A stretch of 64,000 nucleotides of DNA from Polyangiaceae bacterium. Its GTDB lineage: Bacteria; Myxococcota_A; Polyangia; Polyangiales; Polyangiaceae. Location: contig JBILLK010000006.1 in assembly GCA_044376115.1 (NCBI GenBank), forward strand, positions 192,001-256,000. Reading direction: 5' to 3'. The translations under genes were made by a program, and so were the position numbers. Each line of letters begins with the position of its first letter. Position 1 is the first letter of the stretch. Below are positions 55,881 through 64,000 of the stretch, in pieces. A model generated the notes under the pieces. It was not told the DNA's origin. It made no database searches and worked only from the letters and a program-made list of their open reading frames with translations.

Positions 55881-57506
55881 ATGCGTACTTGCTTGGCCCC
55901 GCTGTTTCTCCTGCTCGCGGGGTGCATCGGTGAGATCGGTGATGGCGCCTCAAGCAACGTTGAAGTGCCCAACGCCAAAGATGCAGACGAGGTTGGGATC
56001 AGCGGCGCGAGGCGGCTGACCGCGATCGAGTATCGAACCACGGTCTTTGACCTCGTCGGGGTCGACGTCAGCGATGCCGCGCTGGTGCTGCCTACCGACG
56101 AGCGCCTTCCGTTCGACAACGACTTCACCAAGCAGACGGCGTCGCAAGCTTTGATCGACTCAGCGGATCTGCTCGCCGGGGAAATCGCTGGCTCGGTTGT
56201 CGCGGATCCGACGCTGCGGGCGAACGTGGTGGGCTGCACTCCGGTAAGCGCAGTCGACGAGGCTTGCTTGCGTTCGTTCGTGATCGAGTTCGGACGGAGG
56301 GCGTTGCGGCGCCCGCTGTCGGACCTCGAGGTCGATCGCTTCGTGCAGCACTTCTTGCCGCACGCGGAGGAGTCGGGCGATTTCTGGGTGGCGATCGACT
56401 CAAGTCTGCGCGCCTTTTTGCAGCATCCCGAGTTCTTGTATCGCATCGAGATCGGTGATGCGGTGCCAGGCTTCCCGGGGCTGTATCGGCTCAACGAGTT
56501 CGAGATCGCTACGCGGCTTTCTTACTTCTTGTGGGGTTCATCCCCGCCCGATTGGTTGCTCGATGCCGCCGAGGCCGGTGAGCTTACGGACCCAGAGCAG
56601 CTTCGCGGAGCCGCGCAGACGTTGCTCAGCGACGAGCGAGCGCTATCGCGCCTGTCGCTCTTTCATTCGATGTGGCTCAGCTACGAGCAATTGCCGGTCT
56701 CGGCTGAGCTCGCGCAGGCCATGTCGCGCGAGACGGAATCTCTGCTCGACCGGGTGCTTTTGCAAGAGGCGCGGCCTTGGAGCGATCTGCTGGTCGCCGA
56801 GGAGACCTTCCTCACGCCCGAGCTGGCTACACACTACGGCTTACCGACGCCATCGGAGCCAGGCGGCTCCTGGGTCCCCTACGGTGAGAGCGGTCGTCGC
56901 GGGCTGCTCTCGCACGGCACCTTCCTTAGCGCCGTGTCGAAGTTTGGGGACACCAGCCCCACGCAACGCGGCCTCTTGATTCGAACAAGGCTCTTCTGTG
57001 AAACCATCGCTCATCCGCCGCCGGAGCTCAACGTCAACGTGGATGAGCCGCCGCAAGCCGCTGATCCGAACGCCTGCAAGATCGACCGCTACAGCATGTG
57101 GAAGACCGAGGGCTGCAGTCAGTGCCACTCGCTGATGGATCCGGTGGGCTTCGGCTTGGAGAGCTACGACGCCAGCGGTCGCTTTCGCACCACCGAGCCG
57201 AACAAGCCCGAGTGCGTGATTGACGGCAACGGCTCGCTCGAAGGGGTAGGGGAGTTCAACGGTCCGGCGCAACTGGGCGAGCGCATGTTGGAGTCTGGCC
57301 AGCTCGATCAGTGCGTGGCTACGCAAATCTACCGCTACGCCATGGGCCGCTTCGCGTTGGATGAGCACGACGAGGTGTTCCTCGCGCGCTTGGTCGAGGC
57401 CGCGCAAGTGGACGGTCAAGACTTGCGAATGGATCGCTTGTTTGAAGAGTTCGTGGCCTCGGAGGCCTTTCAACTGCGACGCGAAGAGGAGGTCTCCGGT
57501 GAGTGA
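55881..57506 (+). CDS. DUF1587/1595/1592/1588/1585 lipoprotein with one CxxCH
   Basis: LAGC lipobox, RRLTAIEY, FGRRALRRPL, HPEFLYR, EIATRLSYFLW, SPTQRG, CSQCHSLMDPVGFGLESYD. Confidence 0.9.
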   Translation: MRTCLAPLFLLLAGCIGEIGDGASSNVEVPNAKDADEVGISGARRLTAIEYRTTVFDLVGVDVSDAALVLPTDERLPFDNDFTKQTASQALIDSADLLAGEIAGSVVADPTLRANVVGCTPVSAVDEACLRSFVIEFGRRALRRPLSDLEVDRFVQHFLPHAEESGDFWVAIDSSLRAFLQHPEFLYRIEIGDAVPGFPGLYRLNEFEIATRLSYFLWGSSPPDWLLDAAEAGELTDPEQLRGAAQTLLSDERALSRLSLFHSMWLSYEQLPVSAELAQAMSRETESLLDRVLLQEARPWSDLLVAEETFLTPELATHYGLPTPSEPGGSWVPYGESGRRGLLSHGTFLSAVSKFGDTSPTQRGLLIRTRLFCETIAHPPPELNVNVDEPPQAADPNACKIDRYSMWKTEGCSQCHSLMDPVGFGLESYDASGRFRTTEPNKPECVIDGNGSLEGVGEFNGPAQLGERMLESGQLDQCVATQIYRYAMGRFALDEHDEVFLARLVEAAQVDGQDLRMDRLFEEFVASEAFQLRREEEVSGE

Positions 57507-58989
57507 GCAACAATTGCGTGGGCGTTCTCGTCGCCGCTTCTTGCGCGGCGTTGGCGGTTTCGCGCTCGCACTTCCCTTCCTTGAGGTGTTCGCGCCGAAG
57601 CGTGCGGGTGCTGGGCCCTCGAACAACCCGCGCCGCTACGTGTTCGCGTTCGGCGGTTCCTCGCTCGGTATCGACGGTCAGGATTCGGTCGCACCCACCG
57701 CTGAGGGGCCGATCGGTTCGGTGATCACGCGTGGTCTTCAGCCGATCGTCGGGCTTGGCCTAAGCGATGCTGTCTCGTGTGTTTCGGGCCTTTCGATTCC
57801 GTACGGTCCGGACAACGCCATCCCGGCAGGCGGGCGTTACATCGCCTGGCACGCGAGCTCGACGTGTCCGCTCGCGACCGGTATGCGAACAAACCCCGGG
57901 GATGAGTCGCTCACCGGCCCAACCAGCGACTGGGTCGTCGCCAATCAGATTGCGCAGGGCGTGCCCAACCAGGTGCTCGCCTATCGCGTGCAAGCCGCCT
58001 TCTATCGTGGAAGCAACGGCACCGACGGCACGCGCGGTCTCATCTCCGCGCGGATGAACGGCAACACCTTGGAGGAGGTCCCTCCGACCTCGAGCATCAA
58101 GACGGCCTACCAGAGTTTGATCTCCGGCTTCACGCCGCCCGATCCAGAAGACGCCGCTCGCGCGAAGTTCTTGCTCGAGCGCCGCAAGAGCGTGATCGAC
58201 CTCGTGCGTGGTGACACCGAGAAGCTGGTCCCGCGCCTCGGCGCAGCCGACAAGATCCGCTTGGAGCGCCACCTCGATGAGCTGCGCGGCCTCGAGACGC
58301 GGCTCAACGCGATTGCGCCCCCTGATACCGCCGCCTGTCAGCCCGTTGCGGACCCTGGAGATGACCCTGCGATCGGTGGGGCGGTGGAGAACGGCGAGCA
58401 AGGCACTGGCGGCTACACCGATGAGAACGCCGCTTACAGCAATGAAGAGCTACGGGCGACGGTAATGACCGATCTCATTCACATGGCCTTCGCCTGTGAC
58501 ATGGCGCGCGTTGCGAACCTGATGTTCACCTACTCGCAATGTTTCTTGAACATGCGCGCGCTCTTCGGCCACCCAACCGATCTTCACGAGATGAGCCACT
58601 ACAGCATGGGAGGCAACCAAGCGGGGGCCGACGCCATGGCGGACGGAATCTCGTGGCACGTCAAACATTGGGGCCGGCTCTTGCAAAAGCTCCGGGATAC
58701 GGAGGACTTTGACGGCAGCTCGATGCTTGAGACGACGAGCGCCATCCTCTGCTTCGAAGGCGGCTGGGGTTATGACCCTGAGCAGGACGCTCAAGGTTCG
58801 GCTCACTCGTCGGACAACATGGTCGTGTTGATCGGTGGCAAGGCGGGCGGTCTCAACCGCTCGGGCGGCCAGGCCATTCGGCGCGTCGGTGAGCACCCGG
58901 TCAAGGTGATCAACACGGCGATGCGCGCGGTGGGCGTCAACCAGGATTTGGGCGAAGTGGCCGGGCACTATCCCGAGCTGATGCTCTGA
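57499..58989 (+). CDS. DUF1552 (HXXSHH) protein with Tat signal
   Basis: SRRRFLRG..ALPFLE, KSVIDLV...LGAADKIRLERH, AFACDMARV, HEMSHY; SD GAGGAGG. Confidence 0.9.
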   Translation: MSEQQLRGRSRRRFLRGVGGFALALPFLEVFAPKRAGAGPSNNPRRYVFAFGGSSLGIDGQDSVAPTAEGPIGSVITRGLQPIVGLGLSDAVSCVSGLSIPYGPDNAIPAGGRYIAWHASSTCPLATGMRTNPGDESLTGPTSDWVVANQIAQGVPNQVLAYRVQAAFYRGSNGTDGTRGLISARMNGNTLEEVPPTSSIKTAYQSLISGFTPPDPEDAARAKFLLERRKSVIDLVRGDTEKLVPRLGAADKIRLERHLDELRGLETRLNAIAPPDTAACQPVADPGDDPAIGGAVENGEQGTGGYTDENAAYSNEELRATVMTDLIHMAFACDMARVANLMFTYSQCFLNMRALFGHPTDLHEMSHYSMGGNQAGADAMADGISWHVKHWGRLLQKLRDTEDFDGSSMLETTSAILCFEGGWGYDPEQDAQGSAHSSDNMVVLIGGKAGGLNRSGGQAIRRVGEHPVKVINTAMRAVGVNQDLGEVAGHYPELML

Positions 58990-59043
58990 TTGTAGGGGCG
59001 TGAGCGCTAGTAGCGGCCCGGGTGAGGGCCGCTCGAGCTTCAA

Positions 59044-59922
59044 TCAGGGGCAGTTGGCGTTGAGCGGCGCTTCGTCGGACCCATCCAAGCAATCGAGGTC
59101 GTTGTCACACTCCCACGTGTCCGGGATGCAGGCACCATCGGCGCAGGTAAACTCACCGAACACGCAACCGCCACCACCGCAGTTGGGGTTGGTCGGTGCT
59201 TCATCCGAGCCGTCGGAGCAGTCGGGGAAGCCATCACATTCGGAGAAGAAGAAGACGCACTCGCCGTTGGCGCAAGTGAAGTCGAAGATGCCGCAACCAC
59301 CGCCGCCGCAGTTGGGGTTGATGGGCGCCTCGTCGGAGAAGTCGGCGCAGTCCGGGAGGCCATCGCAGGCGTAGAAGTCGGGGAAGCACTCGCCGCTCTG
59401 ACACGCGAACTCATCGGGTTGGCAGTTGGAGGTGTTGCAGTTGGGGTTCTGCGGCGCTTCATCCACCGCACCCGCGCAATTCTGAAAGGTGTCGCAAACG
59501 AGGTTCATCGGAATGCAGCTACCGTCGCCGCAGTCGAACTGGCCCGCGCACTCACCGCAGGTCTCGTTGATCGGATCCTCATCCGAGCCATCCGCGCATT
59601 CGGTCGTGCCGTTGCATTCAGCAGCGGCGTTGATGCAGCCACCGTTTGCGCATTGGAATTGGTTCGGCTGGCAACCGCTGCCACCACCTTGGCCGCCGAT
59701 GGGCGTGCCGCCCTCGCCCCCGTTGCCGCCGTTGCCGGTTCCGCCGGTTCCACCTACCGAAGGCTCCCCAGCTTGGCCGCCGCTGCCACCGTTGCCGGTT
59801 CCGCCATTGCCGCCTTCATTGGAGCCACCGTTACTCGACGTTCCCCCTGTGAGGTCGGTATTGCTGGTGGCACAGCCCGTAGCGATCAACAGCCCAATCA
59901 TCAAGCCAAAGCTAAAGCGCAT
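59044..59922 (-). CDS. Lipoprotein with five LDL-receptor class A repeats
   Basis: ATGC lipobox, Gly linker, C...F.C..G.C.....CD...DC.DGSDE......C x5. Confidence 0.88.
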   Translation of the reverse strand: MRFSFGLMIGLLIATGCATSNTDLTGGTSSNGGSNEGGNGGTGNGGSGGQAGEPSVGGTGGTGNGGNGGEGGTPIGGQGGGSGCQPNQFQCANGGCINAAAECNGTTECADGSDEDPINETCGECAGQFDCGDGSCIPMNLVCDTFQNCAGAVDEAPQNPNCNTSNCQPDEFACQSGECFPDFYACDGLPDCADFSDEAPINPNCGGGGCGIFDFTCANGECVFFFSECDGFPDCSDGSDEAPTNPNCGGGGCVFGEFTCADGACIPDTWECDNDLDCLDGSDEAPLNANCP

Positions 59923-59947
59923 GAATTAGTGGATAGCAGCGGAGCGG

Positions 59948-60496
59948 CTACGTCAATGCGGTACGTGCGAACCAGGTACGGAACTTCTCGAGCAGCGCGT
60001 CGACTTCTTCGGCGCTGTTTTCGATCAGCAGGTTCTCGATGCCGAGCCCGCGCAGAGCCGCGACCGCCAAATGTACATCCAGGTCGTTCTCGTTACGTTG
60101 CATCAGCAGCGCAAAGACCCGGCGCTGGTGCTGAAGTTGTTCGGCGAGCGCCCTTCTAATTTCGGGGTCGTTGACCGCCTCCGCCATGAGGCCCAACATG
60201 ATCAGCGAGCGTCGGCGATCACTGAGTAAGCGGCGCAGTAGCGCGAACAACAGCTCCTCCGAAGGTCGTTCCCCGCCTGTTGCCAGGGCCTGCTCGAGTT
60301 CTTCTCTCGCCCGCCCGGAAAGTCGAACGAGGACTGCTGCGACCAGGTCGGCTTTGCGAGGGAAGTAGTAGGTGAGGTGGCCCTGTTGCAGCCCCGCGGC
60401 GCGCGCCACTTTCACCTGACCAAAGCCGCGCGCGCCCGATTGCTCCAAGAGCTCAATCGCCGCATCCACGATCTTTCCCCGCAGGTCGTCGCTCAT
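59948..60496 (-). CDS. TetR family transcriptional regulator
   Basis: IVDAAIELL...G...VARAAGL..G.LTYYFPRK.DL. Confidence 0.93.
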   Translation of the reverse strand: MSDDLRGKIVDAAIELLEQSGARGFGQVKVARAAGLQQGHLTYYFPRKADLVAAVLVRLSGRAREELEQALATGGERPSEELLFALLRRLLSDRRRSLIMLGLMAEAVNDPEIRRALAEQLQHQRRVFALLMQRNENDLDVHLAVAALRGLGIENLLIENSAEEVDALLEKFRTWFARTALT

Positions 60497-60546
60497 TCGC
60501 ACACCCTTCTAGCGCGTTGTGCACTGAGCACGTGACGAAGCTTGAG

Positions 60547-60562
60547 TTTGTATGTATACAAA
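60547..60562. promoter_or_regulatory. Palindromic operator (probable TetR site) in the divergent promoter region
   Basis: TTTGTAT-GT-ATACAAA perfect 7-bp inverted repeat overlapping a GTGACG-N17-TATACA promoter. Confidence 0.7.
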
Positions 60563-60566
60563 GACG

Positions 60567-61313
60567 ATGCGCACCTGTGTTTGGGGTCTGGTTTGCGGGT
60601 TGGCTTTAGGTTGCGGAGATGACGGCTCGAGCGGCGCAGGGAACGCCGGTAGCGGTCCTGTCGGCGGGGCCGGCGGAGCGGGCGGTGCCGAGCCGGCCAG
60701 CTTGCTGGATGCGCGCTACTGCGAGGTTCTGCTCGGTTCAATCAGCGGCGCAACGGTGGACGTGGACGTGTACAACACCATCGGGCTCAACGACTGTCCG
60801 CAGGCTGATTGGGAGGCTCTGGACGCAGACGCCATCAAGAGCGAGTTCATGGTGGACGCGGCCATCCTCAACGGCCCCCGCTATTGGACGATCACCCGCT
60901 TTGCAGTGGGGGTTCTGCAGAGCGAGGAGGTCGTCACCTTTGGCGGGCTCGATATGCGGATAGGGGGCAGAATCAGCCTTCCTATCAGCGTCGTGACTCA
61001 AGGCAACTCGCCTTACCAGGACCGCACGATCCAGCGCGAGAGCATCGTGCTGTTTGCGGCAGGCCAGCGCGTCTACGAGCTCGTGGACGATACCGATCGC
61101 GTCTTCATCATGCAGTCTTACAGCACACAGTATGAGCCGCAGACGCTCGCTTCCTTGGAGACGCTCGGTGAACGGCTCTCGCTCCCGCAAGGTTGGAGTT
61201 ACCGCACGCGGGTGCTGAGTGAGGACCTCCAAGTGGAGGCGGTGGACAACCTAGCTACGGTGCTGCAAGACGACTTTACCAACACCTACCAACTGACAGC
61301 GCTCGCGCCCTGA
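60567..61313 (+). CDS. Hypothetical lipoprotein, divergent from TetR
   Basis: LALGC lipobox, Gly linker, globular domain (RYCEVL, YNTIGLNDCP, LNGPRYW, MQSYS, LPQGWSYR). Confidence 0.8.
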   Translation: MRTCVWGLVCGLALGCGDDGSSGAGNAGSGPVGGAGGAGGAEPASLLDARYCEVLLGSISGATVDVDVYNTIGLNDCPQADWEALDADAIKSEFMVDAAILNGPRYWTITRFAVGVLQSEEVVTFGGLDMRIGGRISLPISVVTQGNSPYQDRTIQRESIVLFAAGQRVYELVDDTDRVFIMQSYSTQYEPQTLASLETLGERLSLPQGWSYRTRVLSEDLQVEAVDNLATVLQDDFTNTYQLTALAP

Positions 61314-61321
61314 CAGCGCTC

Positions 61322-62125
61322 TCAGCCCGGCGTCCAAGGAATCAAGCGGGAGGTCCGCTTTTGGTACTGCGCGTACTCCGGGTAACGCGAGAGCGTGATG
61401 CTCTCCGTAAAATTGGTGGAGCCGTGAAAGAGCAGGGTCAACAGACTCGGGCCGATGATGCTGACGTTCAACCACTGCCCAGAAGCGGCGACCGAGAAGA
61501 GGTAAAGACTCCACCATAGGGCTTGCTCGGCGAAGAAGTTGGGGTGGCGCGAATAGGCGAATAGCCCCTTGGTGAGAAACGGAGACTCCAACGATTCTCC
61601 GCGCGAAAGTCGGGCCTTCTTGTCTTGGTGGAAGGTCCACTGCTGTTGGTCGGCGACCGTCTCGAGCACCAAGGAGCCGATGAAGGCGATGGCTGCGACC
61701 GCATCAAGGAGGCCGAGCGGCGTGGCTTTTCCGGCGATGGCTACCCAAGCGGGTAAGGCCAGCAGATAGAGCAGCAAGTTCTGATAGCCAGCGACGAAGA
61801 AGAAAGAGAAAAGCTGCCACTGCCAGGGGCTCATCTTCTTGCGCATCACCGGCCAGCGGTAATCTTCGCCGCCCTTCGCATAGCCGCCTTTGCGGGCGAA
61901 ATTGAAGGTCAGTCGCGCGCCCCAGGCGAACACCAGCGCTGCCATCAGCGCCACCCGCGGGTTCTCTGCGCCAGCCTTCCACGCGAAGAACATCGCGTAT
62001 CCAACGGGGGTCAGGGACCAAGCGCGATCCACCCAGGAGTGCTCTTTGGTGAGCACTCCCAGGAGCCAGCAGATGAAGGCTACGGCAGCACAGCCGTAGA
62101 GGCCTTGAAGCAACGTTGCGTCCAC
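61322..62125 (-). CDS. DUF1295 membrane protein (steroid 5-alpha-reductase-like fold)
   Basis: SWVDRAWS, WGARLT, EDYRW, ETVADQQQ, GLFAYSRHPNFFAE. Confidence 0.9.
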   Translation of the reverse strand: MDATLLQGLYGCAAVAFICWLLGVLTKEHSWVDRAWSLTPVGYAMFFAWKAGAENPRVALMAALVFAWGARLTFNFARKGGYAKGGEDYRWPVMRKKMSPWQWQLFSFFFVAGYQNLLLYLLALPAWVAIAGKATPLGLLDAVAAIAFIGSLVLETVADQQQWTFHQDKKARLSRGESLESPFLTKGLFAYSRHPNFFAEQALWWSLYLFSVAASGQWLNVSIIGPSLLTLLFHGSTNFTESITLSRYPEYAQYQKRTSRLIPWTPG

Positions 62126-62165
62126 GAGGCCCTTTTAGCTGAAGACGCGAACGGAAGCTCTTTCG

Positions 62166-63488
62166 CTACAGCAGGTTTGCCGCCAGCTCGGCGAGCTCGC
62201 TGCGCTCCCCCTTCGAGAGCACCACGTGAGCCGCGATCTTCTCGCGGCGAAAGCGCTCCGCCACGACCGAGAGGCCGTTGGAGGCGTGATCCACGTAGGG
62301 GTTGTCAATCTGCTGCGGATCACCCGTCAGGATGATCTTGGTGCCCTCGCCGCAGCGCGTGATGATGGTCTTCACCTCGTGCGGGGTGAGGTTCTGGGCC
62401 TCGTCGACGATCAAGTACTGGTTCGGCAGGCTGCGGCCGCGAATGTAGGTCAGCGGTTCAACCTGAATCGTTCCGCTCTCGAGCAGCTCCAAGAACCCGC
62501 GCGTATTGCGGCCGTTCTTCGCGTTGCCGTTGGAGAACAGAAACTCGAGGTTGTCGAAGATGGGTTGCATCCACGGGTTCAGCTTCTCGTCCACATCCCC
62601 CGGCAGAAAGCCGAGATCGCGCCCGAGCGGCATGATTGGCCGGGAGACCACCAAGCGCGAATAGGTGCCGTCTTCCGTCGTTCGCTTGAGGCCAGCGGCG
62701 ATGGCGAGCAGCGTCTTGCCGGTGCCGGCCTTGCCGAGCAAGGTGACGAGCCGGATCGAGTCGTCGAGCAGCACGTCGAGGGCGAAGGACTGCTCGCGGT
62801 TACGCGGCCGGATCCCGAGCACGCCCTCGCGCGAGACGCGCAGCGCGACGATCTGACCTTTACCCGCGTCGAAGCGACCCAGCGCCGTGTGCCCCGGCGA
62901 CTTCGCGTTGCGCAGCATGACCGCCGCGTTGGCGGCGATGTTGGGCGCGGTCTCGAGCGACAAGAAGCCGTCTTGGAAGAACGAGTCGATGTCGGCCTCG
63001 GGGACCTCCAGGTCGAGGAACGGTTGTTCCAGCGACTCGTCGTCGACACGCTGGTTTTCGTAGGTCTGCGAGACGATGCCGAGGGCGTCGGCGCGGATAC
63101 GCAGGTTCGTATCCATGGTCACGAAGATGGTCGGCTTGCCCTTGTCCTTGTCACGGACGTCGATCGCCGTTTGAAGAATGGCTTGGTCTTGCGAGGTCTT
63201 GTCGAAGCCGACGCCGAGCTGCGGACGCTTCTCGGGGATCAAGATGCGGAGCGTGCCGCCACCGTCGAGCGGTACGCCGCGCGCGAGCGAGCCTTCATCG
63301 CCGCGTTGCTCGTCGAGCAATCGTGAAATGGTGCGAGCGTTGCGGCCGCGTTCAGTGCCTTCGCGTTTGAACTGGTCGATCTCTTCGATCACGAAGATGG
63401 GAAGGACGACGTCGTTGTCCTCGAATTTGAAGATGGCGCGCGGGTCGTGGAGCAGGACGTTGGTGTCGAGGACGTAGTTCTTTTTCAT
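62166..63488 (-). CDS. PhoH2/YlaK: PIN domain plus PhoH ATPase
   Basis: YVLDTNVLLHDP PIN domain; GKAGTGKT, YIRGRSL, DEAQN, GDPQQID. Confidence 0.95.
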   Translation of the reverse strand: MKKNYVLDTNVLLHDPRAIFKFEDNDVVLPIFVIEEIDQFKREGTERGRNARTISRLLDEQRGDEGSLARGVPLDGGGTLRILIPEKRPQLGVGFDKTSQDQAILQTAIDVRDKDKGKPTIFVTMDTNLRIRADALGIVSQTYENQRVDDESLEQPFLDLEVPEADIDSFFQDGFLSLETAPNIAANAAVMLRNAKSPGHTALGRFDAGKGQIVALRVSREGVLGIRPRNREQSFALDVLLDDSIRLVTLLGKAGTGKTLLAIAAGLKRTTEDGTYSRLVVSRPIMPLGRDLGFLPGDVDEKLNPWMQPIFDNLEFLFSNGNAKNGRNTRGFLELLESGTIQVEPLTYIRGRSLPNQYLIVDEAQNLTPHEVKTIITRCGEGTKIILTGDPQQIDNPYVDHASNGLSVVAERFRREKIAAHVVLSKGERSELAELAANLL

Positions 63489-64000
63489 GAGGGCCAATGC
63501 GATAGAGCGTCACGGGCTGCGTACTTGACGCATTCGGAGAGCGTTGGATAGTTGAACACTGCGGTGGAGAGGTCATCCACGGTGCCGCGCAAGACTACGG
63601 CGATCTGCCCGATGTGGATGAGTTCTGTTGCGCGGTCCCCAATGGCGTGAGCGCCGATGAGGACGCGCGTTTCTTGGTCGAAGACCAACTTCATGAAGCC
63701 GCCGGGCAGGCCGTTGATCTTTGCTCGGGCGTTTTTGTCGAAGTGCCCGTGCCCCGCAACGACGTGACGGCCCGCCGCAATGGCGTCCTCCTCGGACAGC
63801 CCCACGCAAGCGACCTCCGGGATGGTGTAGATGCCGTACGGCAGGATCTGAGCGACCGCACAAGCGGCACCTTGTGACTCAAAGGCGCAACTGACCGCTA
63901 CGCGGCCTTGTTCCATCGAGGTGGAGGCGAGGGCAGGAAAGCCGATCACATCGCCGACGGCGAGAATGCTGGGCACGCTGGAAACGTAGCGCTCATTCAC
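63485..64000 (-). CDS. sthA: Soluble pyridine nucleotide transhydrogenase, C-terminal part (truncated by window edge)
   Basis: AVGDVIGFPALASTSMEQGR, PYGIYTIPE, ATELIHIGQ, FNYPTL. Confidence 0.9.
   Translation of the reverse strand: MNERYVSSVPSILAVGDVIGFPALASTSMEQGRVAVSCAFESQGAACAVAQILPYGIYTIPEVACVGLSEEDAIAAGRHVVAGHGHFDKNARAKINGLPGGFMKLVFDQETRVLIGAHAIGDRATELIHIGQIAVVLRGTVDDLSTAVFNYPTLSECVKYAARDALSHWPS

Noticed and set aside
62166..63488. PIN-domain toxin-antitoxin module
   Set aside because: The PIN domain is fused to PhoH (the known PhoH2/YlaK family) and the upstream gene is sthA, not an antitoxin.

Overview
GC-rich, gene-dense chromosomal window, most likely from a myxobacterium (Myxococcota, Polyangiaceae/Sorangium-like). 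This is inferred from tgl-rodZ-recO, cdnL, an AgmX/PglI-type protein, a DUF1592/DUF1552 pair and many Gly-linker Cys-rich lipoproteins. I call about 63 CDSs. They mix housekeeping genes (recO, hemH, rnc, trmL, trpS, cdnL, ppx, coaD, gluQ, pcnB, skp, fabZ, phoH2, sthA) with envelope and lipoprotein genes. I saw no rRNA, tRNA, CRISPR array, transposase or prophage. The most notable observations are: (1) a TlpA / DUF4266 / DUF3570 outer-membrane barrel locus flanked by three c-type heme lipoproteins, two with atypical CX4CH motifs, a candidate outer-membrane redox module; (2) a recurring leaderless promoter layout (TA exactly 12 nt before the start codon, often without the -7 T), including two leaderless micro-ORFs coupled by ATGA overlap to the next gene; (3) a histone H1-like gene with a perfect DnaA box before its promoter and a ~210-nt highly structured 3' RNA; (4) eukaryote-like lipid and surface genes (ERG25-like sterol C4-methyl oxidase, serine palmitoyltransferase, a five-repeat LDL-receptor class A lipoprotein). 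All calls come from motif recognition by eye; no searches were run.
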